Below are positions 42,760 through 55,773 of a stretch of 64,000 bases of DNA, in pieces; within the stretch, counting starts at the first letter, position 1, and every line of letters begins with the position of its first letter. Location: assembly GCA_951406725.2 (NCBI GenBank), contig OX597818.1, positions 23,684,001 to 23,748,000 of the forward strand, given 5' to 3'. The position numbers and the translations under genes were made by a program. The notes beneath the pieces were generated by a model. That model was not told where the DNA came from. It saw nothing but the letters and a program-made list of their open reading frames with translations, and did no database searches. The DNA comes from Octopus vulgaris. Its lineage: Eukaryota.

Positions 42760-44840
42760 AAAGGTAACTTTTTGCTCAGCACAAAATGAAAATGTAAACT
42801 GAGCATTTAGAAAAAAAAAACGGCAGACAGTGAAATCACGTCCTACTGCCATTGACGTAATTCTGTGCTTGTACTTCACTATTTTTCACTTGATGTTATA
42901 TAACCCATGGCGCTTTCTTTCAACGATCATATATGCCTCGCCAGGATTGTGACATTTCGCTTCTCCGAGATATTGAAGAACTTGTGATTATCAAATCTGA
43001 TACTGAAAGGGCTGTCTGTTGCATCCAAATATTTCTGTACGTCTATCTACTCGCTGGGATCCTTTAACAATTCTGGGTCATATACAACGGTTTCTGTGTT
43101 GCATTGGCCGATAAATGGACATGCAATATTGTATCTACATGAGAATTCTACTTGTTTCAGGTATGGGCCAGCCAAGATTTTCTTTATACTAGGTGGTACA
43201 GATAAAGAGGCTCTTAAGGCATGTCTATTAAATGTTTATCTGCATTAATGCGTTTGAAGAAAAGTTTCATCGACTAAACCAGAGATACTACCTACACAAG
43301 TTTTTACGTTCGGGAGAAGGTGTGAGCAACAAAACTTTTTAGGGGCGTTTTATGTCGGTGGGATTAGGGTCGGATGTGTAACTAATCTTATCCTTAAATA
43401 TGCTGGCGGTCAGGTCCTCTTGTAGTACGGAACCAGGGCGTCGAAAATCTCTTTACTCGAAGACAGATTGAATACTGGCGGACTGCACCGTGAATATAAA
43501 CGCTAAAGCTTCCACAGTTAGTACCTATTATCATCAAAGTCTGAGGGTACAGCACATCCAGCTTATCACATACAAACACACAGATACATGCATGCACGTA
43601 CATGTCCATACATGTTTTTAAGATTGATCATCTCCTTTCCTCTGCACGCACATCTACCGCATTCCGCCCTTACCCCAGCATCGACTTCACTGTGCAGGTA
43701 TTTACCCCTTATACAGTGGTGGCATTGTCTGATCCTTTCCAAGGAGTATTACTGATAAAATTACCCTTCTGAGCTTTAACCGCATGTTTTTTCGTTTCCG
43801 TTTTTTTTTTTTTTTTAATATCCTTTTTCTCCTGTTCTGGCTTCTCCCAACTCACATAAACCAGATATATTTCCAGACCACCGATAGTATAGAACCGATG
43901 CTATACTTTTTCTATTATCCTTTGTGTCGAATGCTGGGATTGGTTTCTTTTTTTCCCAAACTCACGTATACGAAACGGATTGATAGAATCGGCAGAAAAT
44001 GGCTCTATATATACAGTGCCTATTTGTGCTTCTGTGTGTGTGTGGAGGGGTGAAACATTAATTGATATGGGTAGTAAGACGAGAGGCGGATGTGAACGAA
44101 CTCCTGGGATCTCTGAGGGCATCATGAAACGCCCTCTGTAACCTTAGAGCTGTTTCGACAAACCTAACTAAGCAGAATTCTAAACATGAAATAAAATACT
44201 TCATATTTCAACAAGTCGTTATTTATGGCTATTCACAACGCAAATTGGTTAGTGATACCAACATTGATAAGACGTGTAATGTTTCTTCGACGAAAAACTA
44301 CTGTAACACTTCTCATCAACGAGGAAGCCTCTGTAGCGTCGCTCGGTGATATCCTCACTGTTTGAAAGAGATATTAGAAATAATGTCGTAGCAGATGACA
44401 GTTAACTTTTGGCCGCTATTTGGACCCTGTTGTGTCCACTGCTCCGATTGGTTGGCATTGGCGCAGTTTGTCTCTTGACTTATTTCGCGCCAATTTACCT
44501 TATTTTATAGTACTCATTTTGTCCCACCAAAATTTGTTTTTTGTACGATCAAAGAGAACGGAGATAATTTTCTGAGATAGTTGTAGTGTTTTTAAGACAT
44601 TTAAAGAAGGTCATTTGCTTAAATGATATAGTTTTTGCAAGGTAGTGAACACTTGTTAAACATATTCAACTGATCGCTTAGATGAAAACTTCTGGACTTC
44701 CAGGAACTGTGGTCACTCAAGTGGTGGCGGCGTCTGGGTGCCCTCCTTCCCGATGAACCAGTCAGAATACTTTTCGAAGTACCGCTAGTTACTGCTCTTA
44801 AAACTTTCGAGGAATTCCATGTTAGAAATACCATTTAAAT
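42760..44840 (-). pseudogene. Ancient Penelope-like retroelement ORF relic (RT plus GIY-YIG endonuclease)
   Basis: Hand translation across frameshifts, in the expected order: TRLIN, YYP.SI, WEKK...FD, NLSSSKEIFD..PYY, NVKTCVG, FNRHALRAS, CRYNIACPFIGQCNTETVVY, KYLDATDSPFSIRFDNHK, TILARHI*SLKE. Upstream boundary uncertain. Confidence 0.8.
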
Positions 44841-45549
44841 TTTCCTCATAATATGGTCTTATATGTACTACTTTAAAAAGACAAGAGGGTTATGAGTCTG
44901 CTCGTTCAGAGTTGGCCTGGGGCTAAACAACATCATAAGAATATCTCATTGATTCACTGTATTTGATATGGAGTCCATGGCCATCTCAAAAAGTATTCTC
45001 TGCGATATCAGATAGATATCAGAGAGTAGGAACTCCGCAATTGTAATTCGATAAATTCTTCATCATCCTTTTTGAACTGATTCTGTTTTAATTAACAATA
45101 TTCCAGAGAGACTTTTTGCACCGGTCTCTAATAAGGGATTTACTTTGATCATCAATTATTTTTTCAACTGACAGTTCCAAAGCACAAAAGACAACAAGTT
45201 CGAATTCTTAAAGTCCAAGCTGATTTCATTCACATCTGCTTGGATGAATATTATACAAAGACAGAGCAATTTAGCTTTCGCATTGAGAGAGAGAGAAACT
45301 GTTTAACCCACTTCCATCGCTAGGTAGATACATGCAGATATATTTTGTTTGGATTTGAAATTACTTCATTAACTTCAGTCAAATTTTCGGTTGGGTTGAA
45401 CATGTGTTACACCAAGTTCAAGTGAGTCTTTCAAATGACTACTGCCCCCACATCTAGGACAGTAGTGCATACAGACAACTTGGTTCCTATCAAAAAGAAA
45501 AATTTTAATAGACTGTTCATTTGATAGTTGTGGAATCATTCACCTACAC

Positions 45550-48488
45550 CCGTGTTTCCCAAACTTTTCGCGCCAAATTGTAATACCCACCTATTGGCCA
45601 AAAAATGCTCCATCACCTACCTGTGTAAAAAAAAAGACCCTGGCACCACCACCCGCCAACACAAAATCTCCTACCCCACCCTGTATCATTTGACACACTA
45701 TGTCGTAGACTCGTTTCCCGCTTAGTGCTGTTTGTACTAAATATGCGGTTGTTTACAAATCCCTTATTGTGGGTTTATTTTTTCCATTAATGTCAATAAA
45801 ATTCTAACGTTAACTATATCTTTTTCAGAAAAATTAACTTCTGGAAACTTGCGCTTTCTTTTACACTGATTTTCCTTTCCCCAAATGAACCATTGATCAG
45901 AACTACCGATGCAAAAATAATTAATGATTGTATTATAAAGGAAAAGAGTAAAACTTTTTAATGAGAACTATGTGTCTGGTGCAATGCAGCCAGTGCAGAT
46001 ACATTCTGTTTCAAACTTGCCAACTTTAGCCGCAAGTCTCCTTGTTGTGTCACATCCTGTCCAATTCTTTGATGAGAAAGTAAAGTTCCAACATGGTTAA
46101 AACCAGATTCAACCAGGTATGAGGTAGGGAAGGCAAGCAAAAGTAATTTCAGATGTTTCCACAGACTGGGGTAGGAATTCAATATACTTTGATGGTACCA
46201 CAAACCTTCTTTGCCATTACGGTGATATCGCATTGTGGCGTCATTGTCATTTTGTAATCCTATCAATTCCTCCTGAACGTCATCCTCGCAATCGATTGCA
46301 TCGACCTCAAACGGATTGCTGTACCAATTTGGAATATTCAGTACAATAACGTCTTGAAATCGCTTCACCATGTCATCGTGCAATGATTGTAAATAGTTGC
46401 AATATGTAGTTAAGTCCTCATCAACCAATCCATCTTTCTAAGAATCAAGTTGTGGAAATTGATGGAACTGATACTTTGAAATGTTAGTCTTATACAATAC
46501 CAATTTCGAAATGAAGGTAGTGATAAATAATTTACAATCAACGAGAGTTTTTCTGTTTTCTTGCAATGACTTATTCAAATCATTTAACTTTGTGAATATA
46601 CACAAAGAAAAAAAATATATCTTAGCCATCAATGAAGCGGATAGTGGAGTAACTTCAAAGAAAGATATGATTATATGAAGCAGTTCAACAAAGCGTAAAA
46701 CACAGTTTCCTTTTGACAGCCACCGCACTTCGGTAGGGTATAAGAGTTTAGTATAGTCCTCGTCATTTCTCAGAGTTGACGGAAAATTCGATCAGACAAG
46801 GGACCGGACTTCAATTTATTCACAGTCTTGAGAACTAACTGTAGCGCATCATTCAACCTACCGTTCATACTTTTGCCACTAAATGCTGCCGGTGTGCCAA
46901 GCAATGAACAATTAGTATCTGGTGGGAAATTTCACGCTTTAGGAGAGATGAAAAACCTCTGTATCTTCCTATCATCGAAGGGGCTCCACCAGACGCACAT
47001 GCAAGAATATTACTGAGTGTGATATTATGTTCAAAAAGGAAAAGACTTGAGAGTGTGAAAAATAGTTGCACCTCTTGAATCAAACGGCAATTTCTCTGTG
47101 AACAGCATTTCCTCACAAGGTTGAAGGTCTTCGCTGAAATACCGAACATATACCATCATCAAACATTGATTGTCCACCACAGTTAACTCATCTACTTGGG
47201 TAGAAAATTCAGAACACTGGAGAATATTAATGAGCTGACGTTTGACATCGTTGGCCATTTTATCGATGCTTCGAAAAATTGTGTTATTACTAAATGGGAT
47301 CTTCATAATGTTATCGGATTTTTCGTGCATAACGGTTGACAAAACCTCTTCGATAACAGGGCGAAGTAATGTTCTACAAATGTGTGAAACTTAGCAACAA
47401 GCAATATAATGTTGTACGATCAACCCATCATTCTCCAGTTTACAGTTTACTAGTAGCGTGTTGAATGTTTGTGTTTGCTTTTTGAAAGAGCAGCTCATTT
47501 GCAAAAAGTATGATAACGGCTTGTCCTCAGAATGCTTTGCATCAAAGTGATACTTCAAACGTGAAGGTTTCATTGCTTCATTGGTCAATGTTTGATGGCA
47601 AAGAAGGCTCATTGATAACTGACAGTTCTGAAGAGAGGGAATAAATCCAAACGATAAAAAATCACAAAGTGAAAATGTGAAAACGAATTTCTACAGATGG
47701 CGTCAGAAAGATAGTATGGTATTCCCAAAGAGAAGAAGTCAATAGAGCAGAGTCAGATGATACGTCTTTACTGGAGCAAATACAGATCTAGTTCGTGTGT
47801 CTGCCAGCATTTCAAAAATTAAAGTTTATCAAAAATTTTAAAATTTGGCACATTAATGTACCTTTCCAAGCTAAATTGCTGGAGCTACTAAACTTTTCCC
47901 AGAAAAATGTTTTAAAAAAGTTATAGAGGTTTAAAGTTCGATCATTTTCGCCTAGTCAAGAAACACGATTTCAAAGCCGTCGTTTTGTGCGTGACTGCAC
48001 ATTTTGTCAATATCCTGAAAATAGCACTTGTGTTTTGATATGAAACCACAGAATTACGCACGATATATAACCCCTCATAACTTTTTTCTTCGGATTTTCA
48101 GGAAATTTTGCAAATTTGAATTCTACACGCGGGACTTCATACGATTATGCCAAAAAAAAAACATTTGTGGTAGAATGTGATTTAAGGCCTAGGCCTATTT
48201 GGTTGCTATTTTTAGCACGCATGACAACCATCTCAATGATTGCGACAAAAATATTCGATCGATAAACAAGTCCACGTTTTTAATACAAAACGAGTAGTCA
48301 AATCGATAAAAGTGCATCCTTATTCTAGGCATGTCTAGATGTCAGTAAATGCAGACTTAATTTCTAAAAGTTCATTGTCACCCACAAAATGTTCATATTG
48401 CTCGCCAAAATCTCAAATCGCCCACCATTTTTTAGAAATTCGCCCATGCCCACTTGTAAGTTGAAATCGCCCACTGTGGGAAGCTATG
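45550..48488 (-). mobile_element. hAT transposon, Buster/Charlie type, defective
   Basis: TIRs CCGTGTTTCCCAAAC / GTGGGAAGCTATG; 8-bp TSD ACCTACAC / ATCTACAC (nnnTAnnn); TCGCCCA subterminal repeats; BED finger (CHQTL..MKPSRLKYH), QVDE, HCLAHRQHL, RWLSKG and FPTSYLVESGF across frameshifts (45958-47650). Confidence 0.92.
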
Positions 48489-48686
48489 ATCTACACACTC
48501 CAGTTTCTGCTCTGCAGATGAGCTGTTGCTTCGTTATGTCTATTCTACAACAGCTACAGTGACTTCTGTTTCTAGAAGCTGGATGAATTTGTACCCCTAA
48601 TCAGACCCACTCGACTTACTAGCCACCTATATCATATCTAACGACAACGACGGCGACGCTAATTCCACCACTACAACCACCAACGC

Positions 48687-49896
48687 CATGTCACAAGTCT
48701 TAAATATATGTCAAAAGTTTTAAATATATCTCAGAACATCGTGTTTGCATTTTCGCTGGAGGGAAATATACGTCTTTCAAGAGAAATATACGTCTTTAAT
48801 ATGTTAGAAAAATGTTGGTTTGTTTATCTTCCAGGAGAACTCTTTAGCTTACGATCAATGGCGTTCACGCTGTAATCATCCTGTCTTTTCTTTAGGCTCA
48901 GTGCACCAAGGTTCATATAATCTGATGCCGCCCATTCATGCCCATCGCTACAGAGGTTTATTGGACGGCACTGTTTAATGGTGCGCCCTCAGATTTACTC
49001 CACTTTAGCATTGTTACAAATTAGTGCCCACCCAGAATATTCTGAAGCACCCCCAGGTACCAAAGTTTGGCGATGGGCCTGTACCCATTTTTTTAAAGGT
49101 ATGATGTTTGTCGAAGATTTAACTGTTACTTCCAGCATGTCAAGCGATGATGTAGAAGCGTCCTCGTTGGTTCTACAAATGATAGGAGTGATTGTTTTGT
49201 TGTAGAACAGACCCATTGTCAAAGACACTCCAGTGGCAAACTCACTCCGACTTTGACCATTCAGTCGTTGGCTGAGACAGTGTATCTAAGACTATATTAT
49301 CCAATGTGTCCTTTTTTTTTAAATAAAGACTGTAAGATGTAGTTCGAGGAAATTTGACTACTATTTCTATTAAGTGAAGCAACTGTGTATAAAACTTTTT
49401 TCGTTGGCTTGAGGGGTTCGAGTAACGATGGTAGTAGTTGACAGTAGAGGTGATGGTGTTGCTACAGTCTAGGTAAACTCTCGTCGACCAGAATTATAAT
49501 CAAAGAGGTTCAAGTCACGATCGCGCTGCCTTCCTGTATATTGTCCAAATTGTCCAGTACATGTAGTTGTTTTTATTTAAGGTGCTAGAGTGTGATTTGA
49601 GTGAGATTTGGTAGTTATTTCTTGTAGATGACTCGATAGAAGCTTTCTTGTTTTTCCGTTTTTGTTTTTGTTGCTTTTTTAATCTTTTTTCATCTCTTAA
49701 TGGTACACTTAGAACAGTTATCCTCGTTGTGATCACCCCACATCATTGAAATTGAAGCCTAACAAAATCCGATATCAACAAAAATAAAACAGTAAGGTTT
49801 CTTTGACCAAAATAACATTCCCTCCAGCGAAAATGCAAACACGATGTTCTGAGATATATTTAAGACTTTTGACATATATTTAAGACTTGTGACATG
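48687..49896. repeat. 79-bp inverted repeat pair (48687-48765 / 49818-49896)
   Basis: One mismatch seen between the arms; each arm has an internal tandem TGTCAxAAGTCTTAAATATA. Confidence 0.9.
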
Positions 49897-50496
49897 CATC
49901 TTCATTTACAATGTTCATTTCTTGTAATGTTTCTCGCTATTTCTAGCTACCACATAATGTTTCATGGGAAGGTAGTATCTAGAGGACATTTTCTTACAGT
50001 TGACAATGATGTGCCTTATATATTTAGTTTTACTTTTGCATAACCTACTGTAGCGGCAATTCGAAACCTAACCGCTAGGTAACCGATCAAACACCACGAC
50101 CGGACCACAGTAGTTTCACGTGATCGGTCTATTAAGCAGCCAATCAGCGTAAAGCCGTCGCGTGATTCAATGTTCAAGAATCGCGTCTTTTGGTGCCCAC
50201 ATTTTTTGAAGAATGTTGAGGCAGCTGAGCAAACTGCATTTACATTCTTGCCATCAATTGGTTCCTGACATTTATATTTATATATATATATCATAATAAT
50301 AATAATAATATTAGGAAGTATGGCTCCAAACTTACAGGGAAAAATTAGATTTAGTATTAAATCAAATTTCACAGTATAAATATATAAAATATGAATTAGA
50401 GATAAAACCACTATTATATTAATCATATTTATATTATTTGTTAATTATGTATTGGTTTATGTCTATCACTGTTTGAGTTACCCCTAATTCATATTT

Positions 50497-50535
<39 letters not shown>

Positions 50536-50547
50536 GTATATATATAC

Positions 50548-50580
<33 letters not shown>

Positions 50581-50960
50581 CTAGCAGTATCGCCCGGCGT
50601 TGCTCAGGTTTGTAAGGAAATAACTATAAAGCATTTTTAGAGAGTTATAGCCAAAAAATAGCAAAAAAATGGAAAAAAAATGATGGTAAATTGTTTTTGA
50701 GAGTTAAAAAAGGTGGAGTTGCGTCCCCTAGACGGTCTGTGGTTTGGGTTTCTGATTCTCGACCCCATGTCGAATTTATCGATTTTTTTCAGAACTGGGG
50801 GAACTTTTCAAAATTTTCGCTGCGTTAGTTTTGAATTATGACATTGGGCTATGTGTGTGTCAAGTTTCATCAGAATTGGTTGAAAGCCGTGGTCAGAGTG
50901 AGGGTACGAGAAAACAGACACACAGAAAACGCACAGACAAACTGCCGTTTATATATAGAG

Positions 50961-50961
<1 letters not shown>
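50581..50961 (-). mobile_element. Non-autonomous Helitron-like element (copy of 13106-13489) in (TA)n
   Basis: Near-identical sequence with the same CTAG/hairpin and TC termini. Confidence 0.8.
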
Positions 50962-50998
<37 letters not shown>

Positions 50999-51001
50999 TT
51001 T

Positions 51002-51126
<125 letters not shown>

Positions 51127-51474
51127 AGTTATTGGTATCTAGAAGACCCAAAGAATGGCAGGTAATGCTAAGTAAGTGCTAAGGACAGACCATAGATAAA
51201 CTCTTGGTTCGATTGTGGATCATTCATACCACAAAACCCCTTCGAATGTGCAACACAGAATCCACAGTTTCATACTTGGAAATGACTAAACACGAACTAC
51301 TATCGAAACTTACATACCATGTACAGGAAACTTTTTTACCACTTCTGTACACCACTTTACTCGAATAATGGAACTGCAACTACAATATTTTATATGTTAT
51401 TTCCACTTTCATTCTCTTATTTCCCTCTGTTTTCACTATCTTCTCCTTTTCCACTTACTTGTCTCACATCATCC

Positions 51475-51514
51475 CTGATGAAGGGATATCCATAATATCC
51501 CAGAAACAGCTGTA
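51475..51514 (+). ncRNA. Hammerhead motif in a Penelope-like pseudo-LTR
   Basis: CTGATGA-a-GGGATAT-ccata-ATATCCC-a-GAAA-CAGCTG-TA; palindromic stem III; stem I poorly paired, so probably decayed. Confidence 0.65.
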
Positions 51515-51591
51515 AGACTGTAAGACTATATCGCTTTCCTTATAAATGTCCTAAAAACTCCTCACAACCTTGCCTTTGTTACCTATTTTTG

Positions 51592-51668
<77 letters not shown>

Positions 51669-52796
51669 CAGTAATAGAAAATAGGACTTGAAAAGAACCA
51701 GGTGAATATACAAACTAATATATAGTGACGAAACAGTTCAACTAGCTATCTGAAACGATCGTAACGTAGAAACAACATGAGCTTAATTTTTTGTTGCTCT
51801 CTCTCTGTCCTCTCTCCTTTCCCGCTCTCTCTCTTTCTCTCCCTCTCCCTCTATATATATTATTGATCCATCTTAGTGTTGCCAACTGAGCAGAATACGC
51901 TTCGCTGATGAAAACTTATAAGACCGAAACATATATGCTTATTTTCCACCAGTTGGATGCAAACACCAGATTCACTCTAATCTGCATTGTCTATATTATC
52001 CAAAATCTTTTATTAGCAGACCTTTTCTTCGGTGCTTATTGTTTTCAGATTTAAACACCTCTAAAAGGTCATTTTTGTCAACAATATGTCAGACAGACAG
52101 GGAGAGTATGGGAGGAGGGAGAAGAGAGTGTATGTGTGCGTGAGTGCGTGCGTGTGTCTGTGCGAGTGTGTGTGGACCTGCTCTACGAGACTCCGGGTTT
52201 ACGAGTTTTATTTTACAATAAATACAAAAAGGTTATTGTCTCTAGGGAGAGTCATTTTGCTTTAATGCCTTATTAATTAACACCCTTATCGGTTCGATTT
52301 CCACTCATTTTTTTTCTAACATTTTCGTTGTTTCTTGCACCCTCTTCTGATGCGTCTACGTAGCGACTGTGTAAAATGACGGCATAAAATTTCATTGCTA
52401 CTATAGGAAATTATTGCTCTGCTTTACGAGTTTTCGCTTTACGAGCGATCTCCGGGAATAAATTTACTCGTATATCGAGGCGTTACTGTGTGTGTATGTA
52501 TATACACACGCACGCACGCAGACACACACACACATACACACACACACACACGCTCAAGCAGTGGGCCTTTGTACTGTTTCCGTCTACCAAATTCCACTCG
52601 TAACAAAAATATTTGCTAAATATAGCAAATATATGTTAGCTATTTATTTACTTTTTCTTCCAGTTCACCACACAATCGACAAACGTATTATTATTAAAAC
52701 TTGTACAGTCGGAAATGTCTCAGTTTCGGCAAAAATTTCATGTTTTCCTATTTTGCAATGATGGCGGTGAGTGTCTTTCACATAGTAGAGCTTCCT

Positions 52797-53209
52797 TAGG
52801 GCGGCGAGCTGGCAGAAACGTTAGCACGCCGGGCGAAATGCTTAGCGGTATTTCGTCTGCCGTTACGTTCTGAGTTCAAATTCCGCCGAGGTCGACTTTG
52901 CCTTTCATCCTTTCGGGGTCGATTAAATAAGTACCAGTTACGCACTGGAGTCGATATAATCGACTTAATCCGTTTGTTTGTCCTTGTTTGTCCTTTCTGT
53001 GTTTAGCCCCTTGTGGGTAGTAAAGAAATAGGTATTTCGTCTGCCATTACGTTCTGAGTTCAAATTCCGCCGAGGTCGACTTTGCCTTTCATCCTTTCGG
53101 GGTCGATAAATTAAGTACCAGTTGCGTACTGGGGTCGATGTAATCGACAATCCGTTTGTCTGTCCTTGTTTGTCCTTTCTATGTTTAGCCTTGTGGGTAG
53201 TAAAGAAAT
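52797..53209 (+). mobile_element. SINE family B dimer inserted as one unit
   Basis: Full monomer plus a 5'-truncated monomer, flanked by 17-bp TSD ACATAGTAGAGCTTCCT (52780-52796, 53210-53226); CpGs intact. Confidence 0.9.
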
Positions 53210-54186
53210 ACATAGTAGAGCTTCCTAGGACAAAGGACATTGTAAAAACCCTTTCACATCCCAAACAGTGATAGGTTGGAATTGCAAGCCAGTTTTTCAT
53301 CCATCATCCCCTAGAAATTTAAGTTGAGCGTTTCTATACGCTTATTTGAACCACATCATTTTTCATCTTGACTGGGTTTGACCTTGGAGGAACTTTGAAA
53401 GTAAATTATTGCAACTTACTAAACATTACACGAAAAAATTACTTTTAGTAAACTAAAAAGATTTCTTTTTTTTATTTGCTTATTTTCTTTTTTGTCTTTA
53501 CTTGTCAAACATATATTTGTGTGTGTATGAGTTGGAATGTAAGTGAAAGACCCTTAGTCTTCGGGAACTCTGATGAAACAACCGAGGCTCCTTTTGCATC
53601 TAATGATATCGTCTGTGAGGCAAATGCATACGTTGTGTAGAGAGTGAGAACGATCATATGCAAGGCTTTTCCTCACTTCAACATCTCTATCATGCGTTGC
53701 ATATTGTGGTTGGCCATAGTCGAAAAATTACTTGAAATGAAGGCACGTGTCAGCATGGGTGATAACCTCTATAAACACTTGCTGTAAGAAGGGCTCATCG
53801 CTCCACATCTGTGCTGATTTAAGAAAACAATCAAGTGATGGCATTGCTCATATACATATATATATATAAGAGTGCGGTGTTGCTGGGTATCACCATAGAC
53901 TCTGCTACACCATTATTTGGAACCTCCTCTGATATGTGGCATTTGGTGAATGAGGGAGTTTGATGCTGCTGCCCTCATCTGTGTTTCTTGTCGTGAGATA
54001 GGCTCATCTGGAACACAACCTTTAGTCAAAAAAATCGACCACAGGACTTATTCTTTGTAAGCCTAGTACTTATTCTATCGGTCGCTTTTGCCAGGCCGCT
54101 AAGTTATGGGGGCGTAAACACACCAACATCGGTTGTCTAGCGATGGTGATGGGACAAACTCAGACACACACACGCACACATACACA

Positions 54187-54291
<105 letters not shown>

Positions 54292-54633
54292 ATACATACA
54301 TACATAATTTATAATATCAGGGTAATAAAGATTTTAGAAATTTTTACTACCAGTGGCCTAGCGTATAAAAAGTTAGTCAATAGACTATATATTATTCATA
54401 TAAAATACAGTGTACATTTAAACACATTAAAAGGCTTCCAACATAATCTTTTAATGTACAATGTATTTTATATATATATATTATAAAATAAATATAAGAG
54501 AGTGGTCACTATATGGCTCACTCTAGCACCAGTTAATCCAAAAGGTTTCAACCACTAAAAATACATGTTTCCCATGAAAGTCAGTACGATTGTTAGCTCA
54601 CACGGACAGGGCAAATAAAAAATAACAAAAATA

Positions 54634-54729
54634 CAGATTATTTTGGGACAATTGTTTCGCTATTAATGAATTAAATGTAATTTTACTTACAAAAAAATCC
54701 ACTTGTAGCTCGTCAGCCTAAACTATCTG
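54634..54729 (-). ncRNA. Type I hammerhead ribozyme, copy 1
   Basis: As 55678-55773, with one substitution in stem I (54719). Confidence 0.8.
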
Positions 54730-55169
54730 GATGAAATCCACTCAATCACACGCCAGATTTTACCATAACGATAAATACGCGTGTGGTTCAATTGATTACA
54801 TCCGACGTTATAATTCAAATGCCCCAACTAACAGCGCGCCAAACTTTCACGGAAAACAAATACAGCATTTAGAAATAAATGCAGCATAATTATAATTAAT
54901 TAATAAGGGTGAGAGAATTAGATACTAATTTAATAGTATATCCATTCAACACCAAGTGGCCTAGTGCTCCGAGAAACCTGGATTATTATAATATTTTATA
55001 ATATATTATAATATTTTTACAAAATAAATATAAGAGAGTGGTCACTATATGGCTCACTCTAGCACCAGTTAATCCAAAAGGTTTCAACCACTAAAAATAC
55101 ATGTTTCCCATGAAAGTCAGTACGATTGTTAGCTCACACGGACAGGGCAAATAAAAAATAACAAAAATA

Positions 55170-55265
55170 CAGATTATTTTGGGACAATTGTTTCGCTATT
55201 AATGAATTAAATGTAATTTTACTTACAAAAAAATCCACTTGTAGCTCGTCAGCCAAAACTATCTG
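55170..55265 (-). ncRNA. Type I hammerhead ribozyme, copy 2
   Basis: Reverse complement of 55678-55773. Confidence 0.85.
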
Positions 55266-55677
55266 GATGAAATCCACTCAATCACACGCCAGATTTTACC
55301 ATAACGATAAATACGCGTGTGGTTCAATTTTGGATTAACTGGTGCTAGAGTGAGCCATATAGTGACCACTCTCTTATATTTATTTTGTAAAAATATTATA
55401 ATATATTATAAAATATTATAATAATCCAGGTTTCTCGGAGCACTAGGCCACTTGGTGTTGAATGGATATACTATTAAATTAGTATCTAATTCTCTCACCC
55501 TTATTAATTAATTATAATTATGCTGCATTTATTTCTAAATGCTGTATTTGTTTTCCGTGAAAGTTTGGCGCGCTGTTAGTTGGGGCATTTGAATTATAAC
55601 GTCGGATGTAATCAATTGAACCACACGCGTATTTATCGTTATGGTAAAATCTGGCGTGTGATTGAGTGGATTTCATC

Positions 55678-55773
55678 CAGATAGTTTTGGCTGACGAGCT
55701 ACAAGTGGATTTTTTTGTAAGTAAAATTACATTTAATTCATTAATAGCGAAACAATTGTCCCAAAATAATCTG
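55678..55773 (+). ncRNA. Type I hammerhead ribozyme, copy 3
   Basis: CAGAT-ag-TTTTGG / CTGACGA / GCTA...TAGC (extended stem II) / GAAA / CAATTG / TC then CCAAAA-ta-ATCTG; all core nucleotides canonical, GUC cleavage predicted after 55760. Confidence 0.88.

Noticed and set aside
44440-44495. Apparent promoter (ATTGG x2, E2F-like TTTCGCGC)
   Set aside because: It appears to lie within the decayed Penelope ORF; no independent support.
45958-47612. Domesticated ZBED/SCAND-like host gene
   Set aside because: Multiple frameshifts and stops with retained TIRs and TSD indicate a dead transposon copy.
53570-53581. CTGATGAAAC and other isolated CTGATGA hits (10390, 39058)
   Set aside because: No stem II / GAAA / stem III arrangement could be built.
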